From: a virus
DNA length: 64,000 bases
Reading direction: 5' to 3' (one strand)
Virus record (IMG/VR): IMGVR_UViG_3300027779_000011
Span: 94,717 to 158,716 of that record
A program made the position numbers and the translations under genes. Below the pieces are notes generated by a model. That model was given only the letters and a program-made list of their open reading frames with translations. It was not told the origin of the DNA and did not search any database. Below are positions 31,741-40,758 of this stretch, one piece after another; position 1 is the stretch's first letter, and every line of letters starts with the position of its first letter.

Positions 31741-33297
31741 ATGGATAATATTTTAAAAATTGCGTCTGAGGCCAGCAAGATGCTGGACAGACTTGAAAAC
31801 GGTACAAGGTATAGGATCTCCGAAGTTTTAGGCGAATTTAATAAAATTGCTGATAAAAACTCTTCCGATCTTTTGGTTTGTAATGCCAGAGATGTATTGC
31901 ACAAGGTTTCTAAAAAGCAAGAGTTTATAACTCAGAGAGAAATAACGGAAGTTTACAACAGCCTGTATGGGCTTTCTGGCAACAGAAGTATATTCAAACA
32001 AGCGCTCGGTGGGTTCCTCTTGAGTGGACATGGAGAGCCCCCTAAGAGCTCTGCTAATTACTCGAAAAACAGGGATCGCCACGAAGTTGCGCTAGAGCCA
32101 ATGTATGAAAAACAAGCTTTGGCGGAATCATTTTCAACTATATTTTCTCTAGATGGAACACCATCTATTGGCCAATTTAATAATGGGGTTGAGAAAAAAG
32201 CAGAAAAGTTTGCAAAGGCTCAGCTAAATTCTATGGAACATTATCCATATAGTGTAAAGGCCTTGGATGGAAATGAGCATTATATACTATGCGTTGCATC
32301 TTTTGACACCCCAAGCTTTACCAAGGTTGATGTAAAGATCCCAGTTCAGGTTTCTGGTGGTATTCCAAAGTTTCCAGATAGCTTTATTGACGGGTCTTCT
32401 GTTGAAGGTCTGAATAAGAAAAATCTAACTGTGTATATTAAAAATGCAGTAAATCAGGTTTCTAAAAACTCTGTTCACAAGTTCGCCTCAGAAAGAAGTC
32501 TTGAATTTTTAAGAACAGAGCCTGCGGTTTTGCCAACAAGTTTAAACCAATTGGCAGACCTGGATAGTCATATAGTCACGGCAACATCTAAATTTGAAAA
32601 AAGAGAAGTTGACATGGGCAGAAATGTTGTCGCCGCTGAATTAAAGTCCATGGGGCTTTTTAATCCGCAGGTTAAGGTGTCTCATTGTACAGATTCTGAT
32701 ATCGTATTTGCAGCACATATAAAGACTGCATCTGGCATTCAAGAAATATTAATCCCAGTAGAGGTTCAGAATGGCTCCGCAATCTTGCCTAGTACGTTTG
32801 AGCATAATTCAGAACTATACAGATTTAACTCTAAGAATATTAACAAGATTACAAAAAATAGCAATCATAAATCTGAAAACATAACGGTTAGGGACTCTGG
32901 CTCTATTGGCAATATGTCATACCATGAACTCATGGATAGGGTAATAGACGGAGTTTCTGGTGGTGATTATGGAATGTCAGAAGAGGCGCTCATCACGATA
33001 AGTAACAAATTTGATGGCGAAAAGTATAAAGTTGCATTAAGTACATTTACAGACATATTAAAAGCTTCATCTAAGAATACGAAGCGAGAAGAGATGGTTA
33101 AGAGGGCTATGAATAATGGCGACTTAATAAACATTCCAACGTCAGTTGAGCCTTACTCTCCAAAATTTGGCACGCCATTGAGCAAGCTAGACTTTGACGA
33201 AAAAGGTGATTTGTACCTAAGAAGAAGAACGGCTAAATCAGAGAACTTGAAAGATTCTGGTTCTGGAATATCATCCTATAACATTGTATTAACTTAG
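31741..33297 (+). CDS. Hypothetical protein, probable head/prohead component with an internal repeat
   Basis: Two similar segments, VKIPVQVSGGIPKFPDSF and ILIPVEVQNGSAILPSTF; multiple K-x-A sites. Confidence 0.6.
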   Translation: MDNILKIASEASKMLDRLENGTRYRISEVLGEFNKIADKNSSDLLVCNARDVLHKVSKKQEFITQREITEVYNSLYGLSGNRSIFKQALGGFLLSGHGEPPKSSANYSKNRDRHEVALEPMYEKQALAESFSTIFSLDGTPSIGQFNNGVEKKAEKFAKAQLNSMEHYPYSVKALDGNEHYILCVASFDTPSFTKVDVKIPVQVSGGIPKFPDSFIDGSSVEGLNKKNLTVYIKNAVNQVSKNSVHKFASERSLEFLRTEPAVLPTSLNQLADLDSHIVTATSKFEKREVDMGRNVVAAELKSMGLFNPQVKVSHCTDSDIVFAAHIKTASGIQEILIPVEVQNGSAILPSTFEHNSELYRFNSKNINKITKNSNHKSENITVRDSGSIGNMSYHELMDRVIDGVSGGDYGMSEEALITISNKFDGEKYKVALSTFTDILKASSKNTKREEMVKRAMNNGDLINIPTSVEPYSPKFGTPLSKLDFDEKGDLYLRRRTAKSENLKDSGSGISSYNIVLT

Positions 33298-33306
33298 GAG
33301 AAGGTA

Positions 33307-34431
33307 ATGTCTAGATTTTCAGATATCTTAAAGAATGGGTTTGAGTCAGAAAGCAGAAAGGGCAGAAGGCAGTCTAGGGTGGTATACCTAGACTATTGTA
33401 CCTTTAAAAAGATGGCCCAAGAAGAGCAGCACGGAATACTTCAACACTTCAGATCTGAAAATAGAGGCTATCCGACTAGGGACCAGTACCACACAATGAG
33501 AGGTGTTCCATCCTCTCCATCTCCCGGTCAAACTCCAAGTGATAACTCTGAGATAGCAAGGATGTATGGCGTTAACCCCAGGCAAGAAGACTCTGAAGTT
33601 ATAGAGATGAACAGGCCGAGGTCTCTATCTACAAGGTACTCTCCAGATAGAATTGGGGTTCAGGCACGAAGGGTTTCCGATGGTGTTTGGCAAGATCCAT
33701 ATACAAATAGAGTGTATGATTACAATGATGGGTTTAAAACAGAATCTGGAGAAGAGTTTCCTGGTGGCCATGTTGCGTTGCAGAGTCATATGATAGGGTT
33801 AGCAAGTCATCTTGATTCAGTCGGTCTTTATAAAGAGGCAGACTATCTTGATGCTATAGTAAAAAAAGCTGGCTCCTTTGGGGGTTTTGAATTCTCTTCC
33901 ACCAATAATGAAGAAGATACTTTAAGTCATGAGGAACTTCGCACTTTGCACAAACTATATGCGCAAAAAAATGGCATAGATTACAGTCTATATGACGATA
34001 TTCCGAAAGAAATTACTGATGCGTTTATAGGTCTGGATAAGCAAAGCCCACTCGTAAGGGAGCTTCTTGGGCTGGATAGCGGAGAGGCTATTGTGCATGA
34101 GCCTGCCGACGACCCACCAGCTAAAGGATTACTCGATTGGGACAAACCAGTGGGAACGTCTTACGCAGACCGAATGCTCGCAGGAAAACCAACTCGTTCT
34201 GAAGACCACCCTGAGGAGGGGGCGGATTACAACATAGCTGTTGCTTCCGCAATTCAAATACTTAAAAATATAAGTCGCTCGGCTTCAGCTCGGAGCAATG
34301 CTTATGGTTTCATGGAAATGGTGTTCGAAGAATTGGCCGGAAAAGAGGCAGTCGAGGCGCTAAGTGCAGCAAGATCGGCTATAGACCAGAAATCTGAAGA
34401 GGGTGGAAGCGGAAGGGGCTTTTTGGGGTAA
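33307..34431 (+). CDS. Hypothetical protein carrying the shared helical motif
   Basis: LASHLDSVGLYKEADYLDAIVKKA at 33799-33870. Confidence 0.7.
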   Translation: MSRFSDILKNGFESESRKGRRQSRVVYLDYCTFKKMAQEEQHGILQHFRSENRGYPTRDQYHTMRGVPSSPSPGQTPSDNSEIARMYGVNPRQEDSEVIEMNRPRSLSTRYSPDRIGVQARRVSDGVWQDPYTNRVYDYNDGFKTESGEEFPGGHVALQSHMIGLASHLDSVGLYKEADYLDAIVKKAGSFGGFEFSSTNNEEDTLSHEELRTLHKLYAQKNGIDYSLYDDIPKEITDAFIGLDKQSPLVRELLGLDSGEAIVHEPADDPPAKGLLDWDKPVGTSYADRMLAGKPTRSEDHPEEGADYNIAVASAIQILKNISRSASARSNAYGFMEMVFEELAGKEAVEALSAARSAIDQKSEEGGSGRGFLG

Positions 34432-34514
34432 TGAAAGCGAAGGGTCCATGGGGCTCAATTTTGTTTTTTTTATCAATGTATGCTGCAATATTTATAGCTC
34501 ACTGCCAATTATAA
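34431..34514 (+). CDS. Candidate 27-aa hydrophobic peptide (MKAKGPWGSILFFLSMYAAIFIAHCQL)
   Basis: TAATG overlap with the upstream stop; one hydrophobic stretch. Confidence 0.3.
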   Translation: MKAKGPWGSILFFLSMYAAIFIAHCQL

Positions 34515-34536
34515 ATTTTTAAAAATGTATAAAGCT

Positions 34537-34569
34537 CGCTACTATTAAGTAATATTATAGTAGCGTTTT
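34537..34569 (+). terminator. Inverted repeat with T-tail that contains a TACTATTAA promoter-like variant
   Basis: cgctactat-N11-atagtagcg-tttt. Confidence 0.45.
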
Positions 34570-34587
34570 GTTATTTTTGGAGAAAGT

Positions 34588-35265
34588 ATGAACAACAAAG
34601 TCTTGAGACATCCGGATAAAGAAGAGATAATAAAAATGCTTCTTAATGGCGAGTCTGTAAAGGAAGTAGAGAGATGGATAAAGAAAAAGCATCCAAGGTC
34701 AAAGAGGCTTCAGATATCTTATATGACGCTTCAAAAGTTTAGAGCAGAAAGTTTAAACTTAAAGGGCGATATTCTTGATGATATAAAAAACCGTAGAGCG
34801 GAAGGCCAGAAGCAAGATGAGGTTCTGGAGCAGAAGATGATGATTGAGGCATCTTCTGCATATCAAGAAAAGATAGACGAGATAGCATCTGCAGAATTAG
34901 ATGTGACAAGAAGGCTTCTTGAGATGGACAAACTAGTTACCTCCAGGATTGAGTTCTATTACAACTTGCTGCAACAGGGTGGTTCCATAAAGGAAGATAA
35001 GATCTTTCTTGAATACATAAACACTTTAAAGTCATTGATGCAGGATTGGAAAAAGTACATTGAGGGCGTTGCAGACCAAAAGATTGAACATAATATTAAT
35101 TTTAATGTTATTAATACGCAGGTTTCTGTTCTAAAAGATTCTGTATGTGAGATTCTTCAAGATATACAGCCAGAACTAATACCAGTATTCCTGGATAGAG
35201 TAAATGATAAAATACAAAAAATAGATGCGGATTCAATAGATTATAATGAGGTAATAGATGTCTGA
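34588..35265 (+). CDS. HTH plus coiled-coil protein, possibly terminase small subunit
   Basis: VLRHPDKEEIIKMLLNGESVKEVERWI...ISYMTLQKF N-terminal HTH pattern; lies in the packaging block. Confidence 0.45.
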   Translation: MNNKVLRHPDKEEIIKMLLNGESVKEVERWIKKKHPRSKRLQISYMTLQKFRAESLNLKGDILDDIKNRRAEGQKQDEVLEQKMMIEASSAYQEKIDEIASAELDVTRRLLEMDKLVTSRIEFYYNLLQQGGSIKEDKIFLEYINTLKSLMQDWKKYIEGVADQKIEHNINFNVINTQVSVLKDSVCEILQDIQPELIPVFLDRVNDKIQKIDADSIDYNEVIDV

Positions 35266-35530
35266 TGAGAATTTAATATTAAAGATAGAAAATTTAGATA
35301 AGCTGAGAAATCCAGAAGAGCCTATCGGATTTATAAACTGGATAAAGAAAAACCTAGATCTGTACGGGGATGACGAAGAAGAGGTGCCTATAGAGCACAT
35401 TAGAACGTACTTAAAGTACATTATGGATGAGGTGAAATCCTCTAATTCAAATATAGATGAGTCAAATAAATTATTATGGATTAGAAAAATAAAAAGACTA
35501 AGAAAAGGCCTAAAGGCTATTGAGCAGTAG
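35258..35530 (+). CDS. Hypothetical protein
   Basis: Overlapping start with SD GAGGT. Confidence 0.6.
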   Translation: MSDENLILKIENLDKLRNPEEPIGFINWIKKNLDLYGDDEEEVPIEHIRTYLKYIMDEVKSSNSNIDESNKLLWIRKIKRLRKGLKAIEQ

Positions 35531-35544
35531 ATGGGGAATATGTT

Positions 35545-37002
35545 TTGAAAAAATTTAATAATAAAATAAATAATTTTTTTTTAAAGAATGCGTCATCACT
35601 TCATAATACGTCTGATTATTTTTTAGACCTGTATATAAATGAGGCGGAAAAGATGTCTAAATTTTCTGTAAATAATAAAAAAGATTACATAGTTGCATCA
35701 AATACCATAAAGTTTTTAGAATCTTTAAATATTGAAAAAAATAATAACTACATTGCAGATATTGTAAAAAAATCTAGAAGTGCTAATATTAAAAATAGTA
35801 ATGATTGTTATTACTTTATATTTAAATCTATATTGGAAGATGAAATGATAAATAAAAAATCATATCCGTCAGTTTTTGCTATACCAATTGATGGCATAGT
35901 GGAAGAGTATGATTTAAATAAGTGGGGAGAATTAGTTCATAAAGTTTATGATGCTGTAAATTCCGGAGATATGACATATGCAAACGCTATTGATTACTAT
36001 TCTGGATTTTTGGAATCCGACAACGAGTCTTTTAATTTTAAAAAATGGATTGAATATTACAAATCTGGAGAGCATCTAAAGTACAGCTTAGAAGAGGGAG
36101 ATATGAAGAAAAAAGCAAATATGCCAGTTGAGTTAATTTCTGGATTATACCACGACACTCCGACTATAGATCATGATCATATAGCTGAAAGCTCTGGTAT
36201 GTCCATGGTGTTAAAAGAAAATTATAAAAAATGGAAGGGTCAGTTCAATGCCGCTCTAAGAAGGATTGATAGGCTCTTAAGAGGTAGCGAGGATTACGTT
36301 GACCCAGAAACCTATGATTCTTTAGCTGACGACCTGCATACTTTGAGCAAACATGTGAATAGGGTTAGGATGTCAGTAACTGCATCAGACCTCGCGATAA
36401 GGACTGCTAATAAGTTCGAAAAAAGAGGGTTCTCCGAAGGTGCTAGCATATTGAGAAAGTTCGCACAGGAGGTTCCTCCAGACATGGAGATGACCCCGGG
36501 ACCGGCAGAGCAGGCTCCGGTAGCGCAGGAGCAGGCTCCGGGGGCTCCTGGGGAGTTGGCTGATGTGGTACCTGCTGAAACACCAGAGGAGCCTGAGCCT
36601 GAACCTATAGACATAAAAGATATCAAGCCAATACCCGGCCCATACGCGGGTGAGTACGCACAGCTTGCAGGAGATATAAACCTATCTGATGCGTCAGTAA
36701 AGCTGGAAGAGGTGGCCGGAATGCTTGCAGACAGAAGGGTTATAAGGTTGCTGGCAGAGTTTGATATAATGTTGGATAAGCTTGGTATAGCGTCTATGTT
36801 TCCAGAACTTGCAGAGTCTCAGGCAAAATTAATCGATTCGTATGGATACGCGTTAACAAGGGTTTCTAAAATGCTTGGTATGATTTCAAGTAGCAACAAA
36901 CTTGTAGAGATGTCAGATGATAGTGGCGCTCCGGAGCAACAAGAAGAGGGCGAGTCTACGGTCCAGCAGCCAGAAGTGCAGCCGGATCAGGAGCTGGTCT
37001 GA
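35545..37002 (+). CDS. Hypothetical head-block protein with shared helical motif and Pro/Glu linker
   Basis: TANKFEKRGFSEGASILRKFA at 36391-36465; possible internal starts at 35845 and 36103. Confidence 0.65.
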   Translation: MKKFNNKINNFFLKNASSLHNTSDYFLDLYINEAEKMSKFSVNNKKDYIVASNTIKFLESLNIEKNNNYIADIVKKSRSANIKNSNDCYYFIFKSILEDEMINKKSYPSVFAIPIDGIVEEYDLNKWGELVHKVYDAVNSGDMTYANAIDYYSGFLESDNESFNFKKWIEYYKSGEHLKYSLEEGDMKKKANMPVELISGLYHDTPTIDHDHIAESSGMSMVLKENYKKWKGQFNAALRRIDRLLRGSEDYVDPETYDSLADDLHTLSKHVNRVRMSVTASDLAIRTANKFEKRGFSEGASILRKFAQEVPPDMEMTPGPAEQAPVAQEQAPGAPGELADVVPAETPEEPEPEPIDIKDIKPIPGPYAGEYAQLAGDINLSDASVKLEEVAGMLADRRVIRLLAEFDIMLDKLGIASMFPELAESQAKLIDSYGYALTRVSKMLGMISSSNKLVEMSDDSGAPEQQEEGESTVQQPEVQPDQELV

Positions 37003-37025
37003 GATTTGCCCGGGAGGTTTAAACA

Positions 37026-37847
37026 ATGGACTCAGATCTAAAAAATATTTTTAGCGAATTATATGCGTTGTCAAAATATTATTTAACGGACACACCATAC
37101 CTTGTCGGGGGTGTTCCAAGGGACCAGATTATTAGTGGTACCGCAACTTTGGGAAAAGTTAATTCTATTGATCTAGATATTACAACAAATAGTTCAGATT
37201 CAATGAGGTTGGCGATATTATTTGCCTCAAGAAATAACTTTAGATTTAGAATTTTTGATGATAGGCACATAACAGTTTTTCTTAAAGATTTTAATATAGA
37301 CTTTTCAAGTAATTATATATCCAATAGGGCTGTCAACTTTTTAAAATCAGAACAGTGCGATGATTACCTGTGTCCTGCATTTCCAGAAATAAAGGATAAG
37401 GTTACTGAGGTTTATAGTAGAGATTTTACTATAAATGCATTGCATCAAAATATCAAAACCGGAGAGATTGTTGATATATTAGGAAGGTCTTTTGACGACA
37501 TAAGTGATAGGGTGATAAAAACTATTCTGCCACCTGAGATAACAATATATGATGATCCAAGGAGGGTGTTCCGAGCTATAAGGTTTTCGACTAAGTTTGG
37601 CTTTGATATTGATAATAATATAAAAGATTATGTTAAAAATAATAAAAATATATTTACCAGCCCATCTGTAAAAGATGGTTATATATCATCACAAATATCA
37701 ACATCCATGGAGCATAATTCTGAAAAAACAATAGAGATTTTAAGAGATATGGACATACTTGGAATCATCCCAATGACAGGCTTGTTTAAAGAGTATATAA
37801 TAGACAATAAGCTGGTTATAGAATATCTTGATAGCTCAAGCGCATAG
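37026..37847 (+). CDS. cca: tRNA nucleotidyltransferase (CCA-adding)/poly(A) polymerase family
   Basis: YLVGGVPRD, DLDITT, RDFTINAL, DDPRRVFRAIRF. Confidence 0.88.
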   Translation: MDSDLKNIFSELYALSKYYLTDTPYLVGGVPRDQIISGTATLGKVNSIDLDITTNSSDSMRLAILFASRNNFRFRIFDDRHITVFLKDFNIDFSSNYISNRAVNFLKSEQCDDYLCPAFPEIKDKVTEVYSRDFTINALHQNIKTGEIVDILGRSFDDISDRVIKTILPPEITIYDDPRRVFRAIRFSTKFGFDIDNNIKDYVKNNKNIFTSPSVKDGYISSQISTSMEHNSEKTIEILRDMDILGIIPMTGLFKEYIIDNKLVIEYLDSSSA

Positions 37848-37929
37848 TGGACAAGGTGGAAAGAATTGATGATGTTTTGAGAATTTATCATGATGATTTT
37901 GTGTTATATGAAAATAAAATAATTAAATG

Positions 37930-37948
37930 ATTAGTACTAATTACTAAT
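37930..37948 (+). promoter_or_regulatory. Tandem TACTAAT elements (the first lies within the palindrome ATTAGTACTAAT)
   Basis: attagtactaattactaat in an AT-rich intergenic gap before 37988. Confidence 0.55.
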
Positions 37949-37987
37949 ATTTTTATGATAATTGAATACTTTTAGGATTTTTAAATT

Positions 37988-38455
37988 ATGATTAGAGGAA
38001 AAAGCACTTCGAAGCAATGCCCTTTTGGGCTAGATATTCCATTTGGGTGTAAAAACGCAGGCAGTTCTGTGTCTTTGATGATTCCGGTGGAAGACTTAGA
38101 TGATGAAGAAAAAGAAGGTCATATTGAGTATAATAATAAAAGCTTAGTATCTGCCATCATGATTGAGGCTTCAGTCTGCCCATTTGCGAGTCAAATTTTT
38201 GAAGAAAGCCAATGTACAAATTGTTCTTTTAACACAAAGGGCATTCCATTAGCATCTGGACTAGATGGTTTAAATTCCGGCATCGATTATCCGCATGTGT
38301 GGAGGTCGACCACAGAGTCTACTTTTGGCCCAGAGGTAGATGCTTTTGATTATTATTCAGATAATCAAAATAGATTAATCCCGAATTCTATAGCTAGAAG
38401 CAGCTATATAGGTCTAATAAAAAATATGTTGGAGAGTAAACATGAACCAAAATAA
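37988..38455 (+). CDS. Cys-rich hypothetical protein
   Basis: CPFGLDIPFGC, CPFA, CTNC. Confidence 0.65.
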   Translation: MIRGKSTSKQCPFGLDIPFGCKNAGSSVSLMIPVEDLDDEEKEGHIEYNNKSLVSAIMIEASVCPFASQIFEESQCTNCSFNTKGIPLASGLDGLNSGIDYPHVWRSTTESTFGPEVDAFDYYSDNQNRLIPNSIARSSYIGLIKNMLESKHEPK

Positions 38456-39299
38456 TACAAAAGTCGCCTACGAGGAAACTGTCAGCTACCTGGAAGATGT
38501 TAACTATACAGAGGATGGTGACAGAGAGCACGATCAGGAAGAAGGCATGGAGTCTGTATCTGAGTTTCTAGAAGAGTCTGCAGGCGATATAGCGAAAGCC
38601 CTAGAGGACCTTGGATCTGATTTTGATGAAGATGACTTAATATCAATAGAGTTCGACGAAGGTTCATATATTCCAGGAACAAAAAGAAAGTCCGACGAGT
38701 TTCAAGAAGATGAGAAAGAGGGTGACTGGGCAAATGATAATGATGTATCAAAATTCATGGGATGGCTGGGCGATGCATACCCCACCGGAATTCCAGAGCA
38801 TGATGGGACATCTATAACCGGCTGCGAAAGGGCTTCTAATTATTTAGATAGGGTTAATTCTCAAATATCAAAAGCCTTAAAGATGGACACGGAAGACGCA
38901 CTAGACCCGGCCACAATTGAGGGCGTTCGCGTTCAGATTCTAAAAGATATCGTTATATTGAAAAATCATCTCAATAGGCTAAAGAAGATGAAGAAGGATT
39001 CTTCCGCAAATAAGCCCTCTAAAATTAAAAAAGAGGCAACGACGCCGGGCATTCAGGTTGTGGCAACCCCGTTCGAAAGAGCCCTAGCTGGTATTTTGAT
39101 AAACTCAGTTATATCTGCAGGAAGGCCATTTGAAGATGTCTATGACTTTTTAAAGAAGAAGTACAAGCTAGAGGAGAGAGAGGAGCTGGCACTAATGCAA
39201 CTTGTGATGGATATGGGATTTCATGTGTTTAAAGATCGCGGCTCTATGGGTGGCGAAGATAACCTTGAAGTTGATTTTTTAACAAATTATTTCGCATAA
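38442..39299 (+). CDS. Acidic hypothetical head-block protein
   Basis: Acidic N-terminus; TKVA and KKEA sites. Confidence 0.65.
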   Translation: MNQNNTKVAYEETVSYLEDVNYTEDGDREHDQEEGMESVSEFLEESAGDIAKALEDLGSDFDEDDLISIEFDEGSYIPGTKRKSDEFQEDEKEGDWANDNDVSKFMGWLGDAYPTGIPEHDGTSITGCERASNYLDRVNSQISKALKMDTEDALDPATIEGVRVQILKDIVILKNHLNRLKKMKKDSSANKPSKIKKEATTPGIQVVATPFERALAGILINSVISAGRPFEDVYDFLKKKYKLEEREELALMQLVMDMGFHVFKDRGSMGGEDNLEVDFLTNYFA

Positions 39300-39344
39300 G
39301 ATTTGAAAATTGAACAAATAAAAAGAAACAAACAGGAGCATTAA

Positions 39345-40100
39345 ATGAATATTTTAAAAGAATTAGTAACCTTGGCAACCCATCTGGATAAGAGGGGCTT
39401 TGTAAAGGAGGCAGATTATTTAGACAAAATTGTAAAAAAATCTCAACAAGCACAGCAGGTTCAGCATGCGTTACCATCCTATGTGAATGACGACTGGATA
39501 AGAACTAGAGTTGCATCCCCGAAGGGGGTGGAGGCCTCAAAAGCCTTGGAGGCCTATAATCAGGCCTATACGCAAAATGGTCAAGCTATACTGCGATCAA
39601 TTAATTCGATTGATGTGAAAGGCGAGCAAGGCCTTCCTAGAGAAGAGAGGCGGAGAATCCGGGCAGAAGGAACTCCGGAGGAGCGAGAAACTCTTCGTGC
39701 GAACCACTATGAAAGGATTCAGAACGCACTTTCTATGTTAGGCGGAAAGGCCTTTGAAGAGATAAAGCAAACGCTTGGAATGGACCCAAGAGAGGCAGAT
39801 ATGGGGCAGGCTCTGCCTACAGCAGCACATCTCTTTGTGAAGTGGGCCCCAATCGTAATGTTCGGAGCAGCCCCTGGCTCTCTCTCCATGGCCGAAGGTT
39901 TATCTTTAGATACCCCAGGTGATATCACCAAGGCAATGAGCGGACTATCAAGGCTAATAGAGGAGGGCTCTAAGATCGCAGGAAGTAATCTTCCTGACGA
40001 TGCTAAGGCTGCGGCTCAATTAACCGTAGATAAGGCGGGTGCCGCATTATCAGCTATAGGCTCATGGGTTTCGGATCCATCACTTGCTCCTAGGGTTTAG
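39345..40100 (+). CDS. Hypothetical protein with N-terminal shared helical motif
   Basis: LVTLATHLDKRGFVKEADYLDKIVKKS at the N-terminus; SD AGGAG. Confidence 0.75.
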   Translation: MNILKELVTLATHLDKRGFVKEADYLDKIVKKSQQAQQVQHALPSYVNDDWIRTRVASPKGVEASKALEAYNQAYTQNGQAILRSINSIDVKGEQGLPREERRRIRAEGTPEERETLRANHYERIQNALSMLGGKAFEEIKQTLGMDPREADMGQALPTAAHLFVKWAPIVMFGAAPGSLSMAEGLSLDTPGDITKAMSGLSRLIEEGSKIAGSNLPDDAKAAAQLTVDKAGAALSAIGSWVSDPSLAPRV

Positions 40101-40101
40101 T

Positions 40102-40749
40102 ATGAAAGTAACAAGGCAGAATATAAATGAAGAATATAACACAACTGTTGGTTGGGTTAATGACTTTGGAAAAGATTTAGAAAAAAATGCCGACTTTCTT
40201 AGTAACTTGAAGTCTATTTTTAAAAGTAGAAGCGAAACATTTTCTACAATAGATGAAAAAATGGCTGATATAAAAACTAGAGTTGGCTTTGATCTTATAA
40301 AAGATGTTGATAATAGTCACAGAATAAAAACATCTTCTGCAAAAAAAGAGGCATCTGGGTGTGGCTCAGAGAAAGATGGTGGCGACAAGTGTGGCCCTTG
40401 CAGCTCAGGCGGCTCATGTGGTGGTCCGAATAATGACCATGGAGTAGAAAGAAAGGGGAAGGTGGATAGCATTGTAGAGCTTTTAAAGTATATACAAGAT
40501 ACGATAAAAAACGAACCACATTTAGACGAACCTGTTATTTTAGATCGATGTAGAAAAGAAAAAAGCTATGGCCTTGAAAATATAAATGATATGTCTAAAT
40601 TAAAAAAGTTTATATCAAATGCAGTATCAACTGGTGAGCCGATGTCTATAAAGCTAGAATATATTCCTCAAGAGCCTATAACTTCTTCTGAATCGATGTT
40701 TGACGATACTGCAGATTATTATGAACACGGACTTGTAGGCTCAGAGTAA
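40102..40749 (+). CDS. Hypothetical protein
   Basis: ATG 40102 follows the upstream stop; LEKNA and KKEA sites; Cys/Gly patch. Confidence 0.65.
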   Translation: MKVTRQNINEEYNTTVGWVNDFGKDLEKNADFLSNLKSIFKSRSETFSTIDEKMADIKTRVGFDLIKDVDNSHRIKTSSAKKEASGCGSEKDGGDKCGPCSSGGSCGGPNNDHGVERKGKVDSIVELLKYIQDTIKNEPHLDEPVILDRCRKEKSYGLENINDMSKLKKFISNAVSTGEPMSIKLEYIPQEPITSSESMFDDTADYYEHGLVGSE

Positions 40750-40758
40750 CGATGGAAA

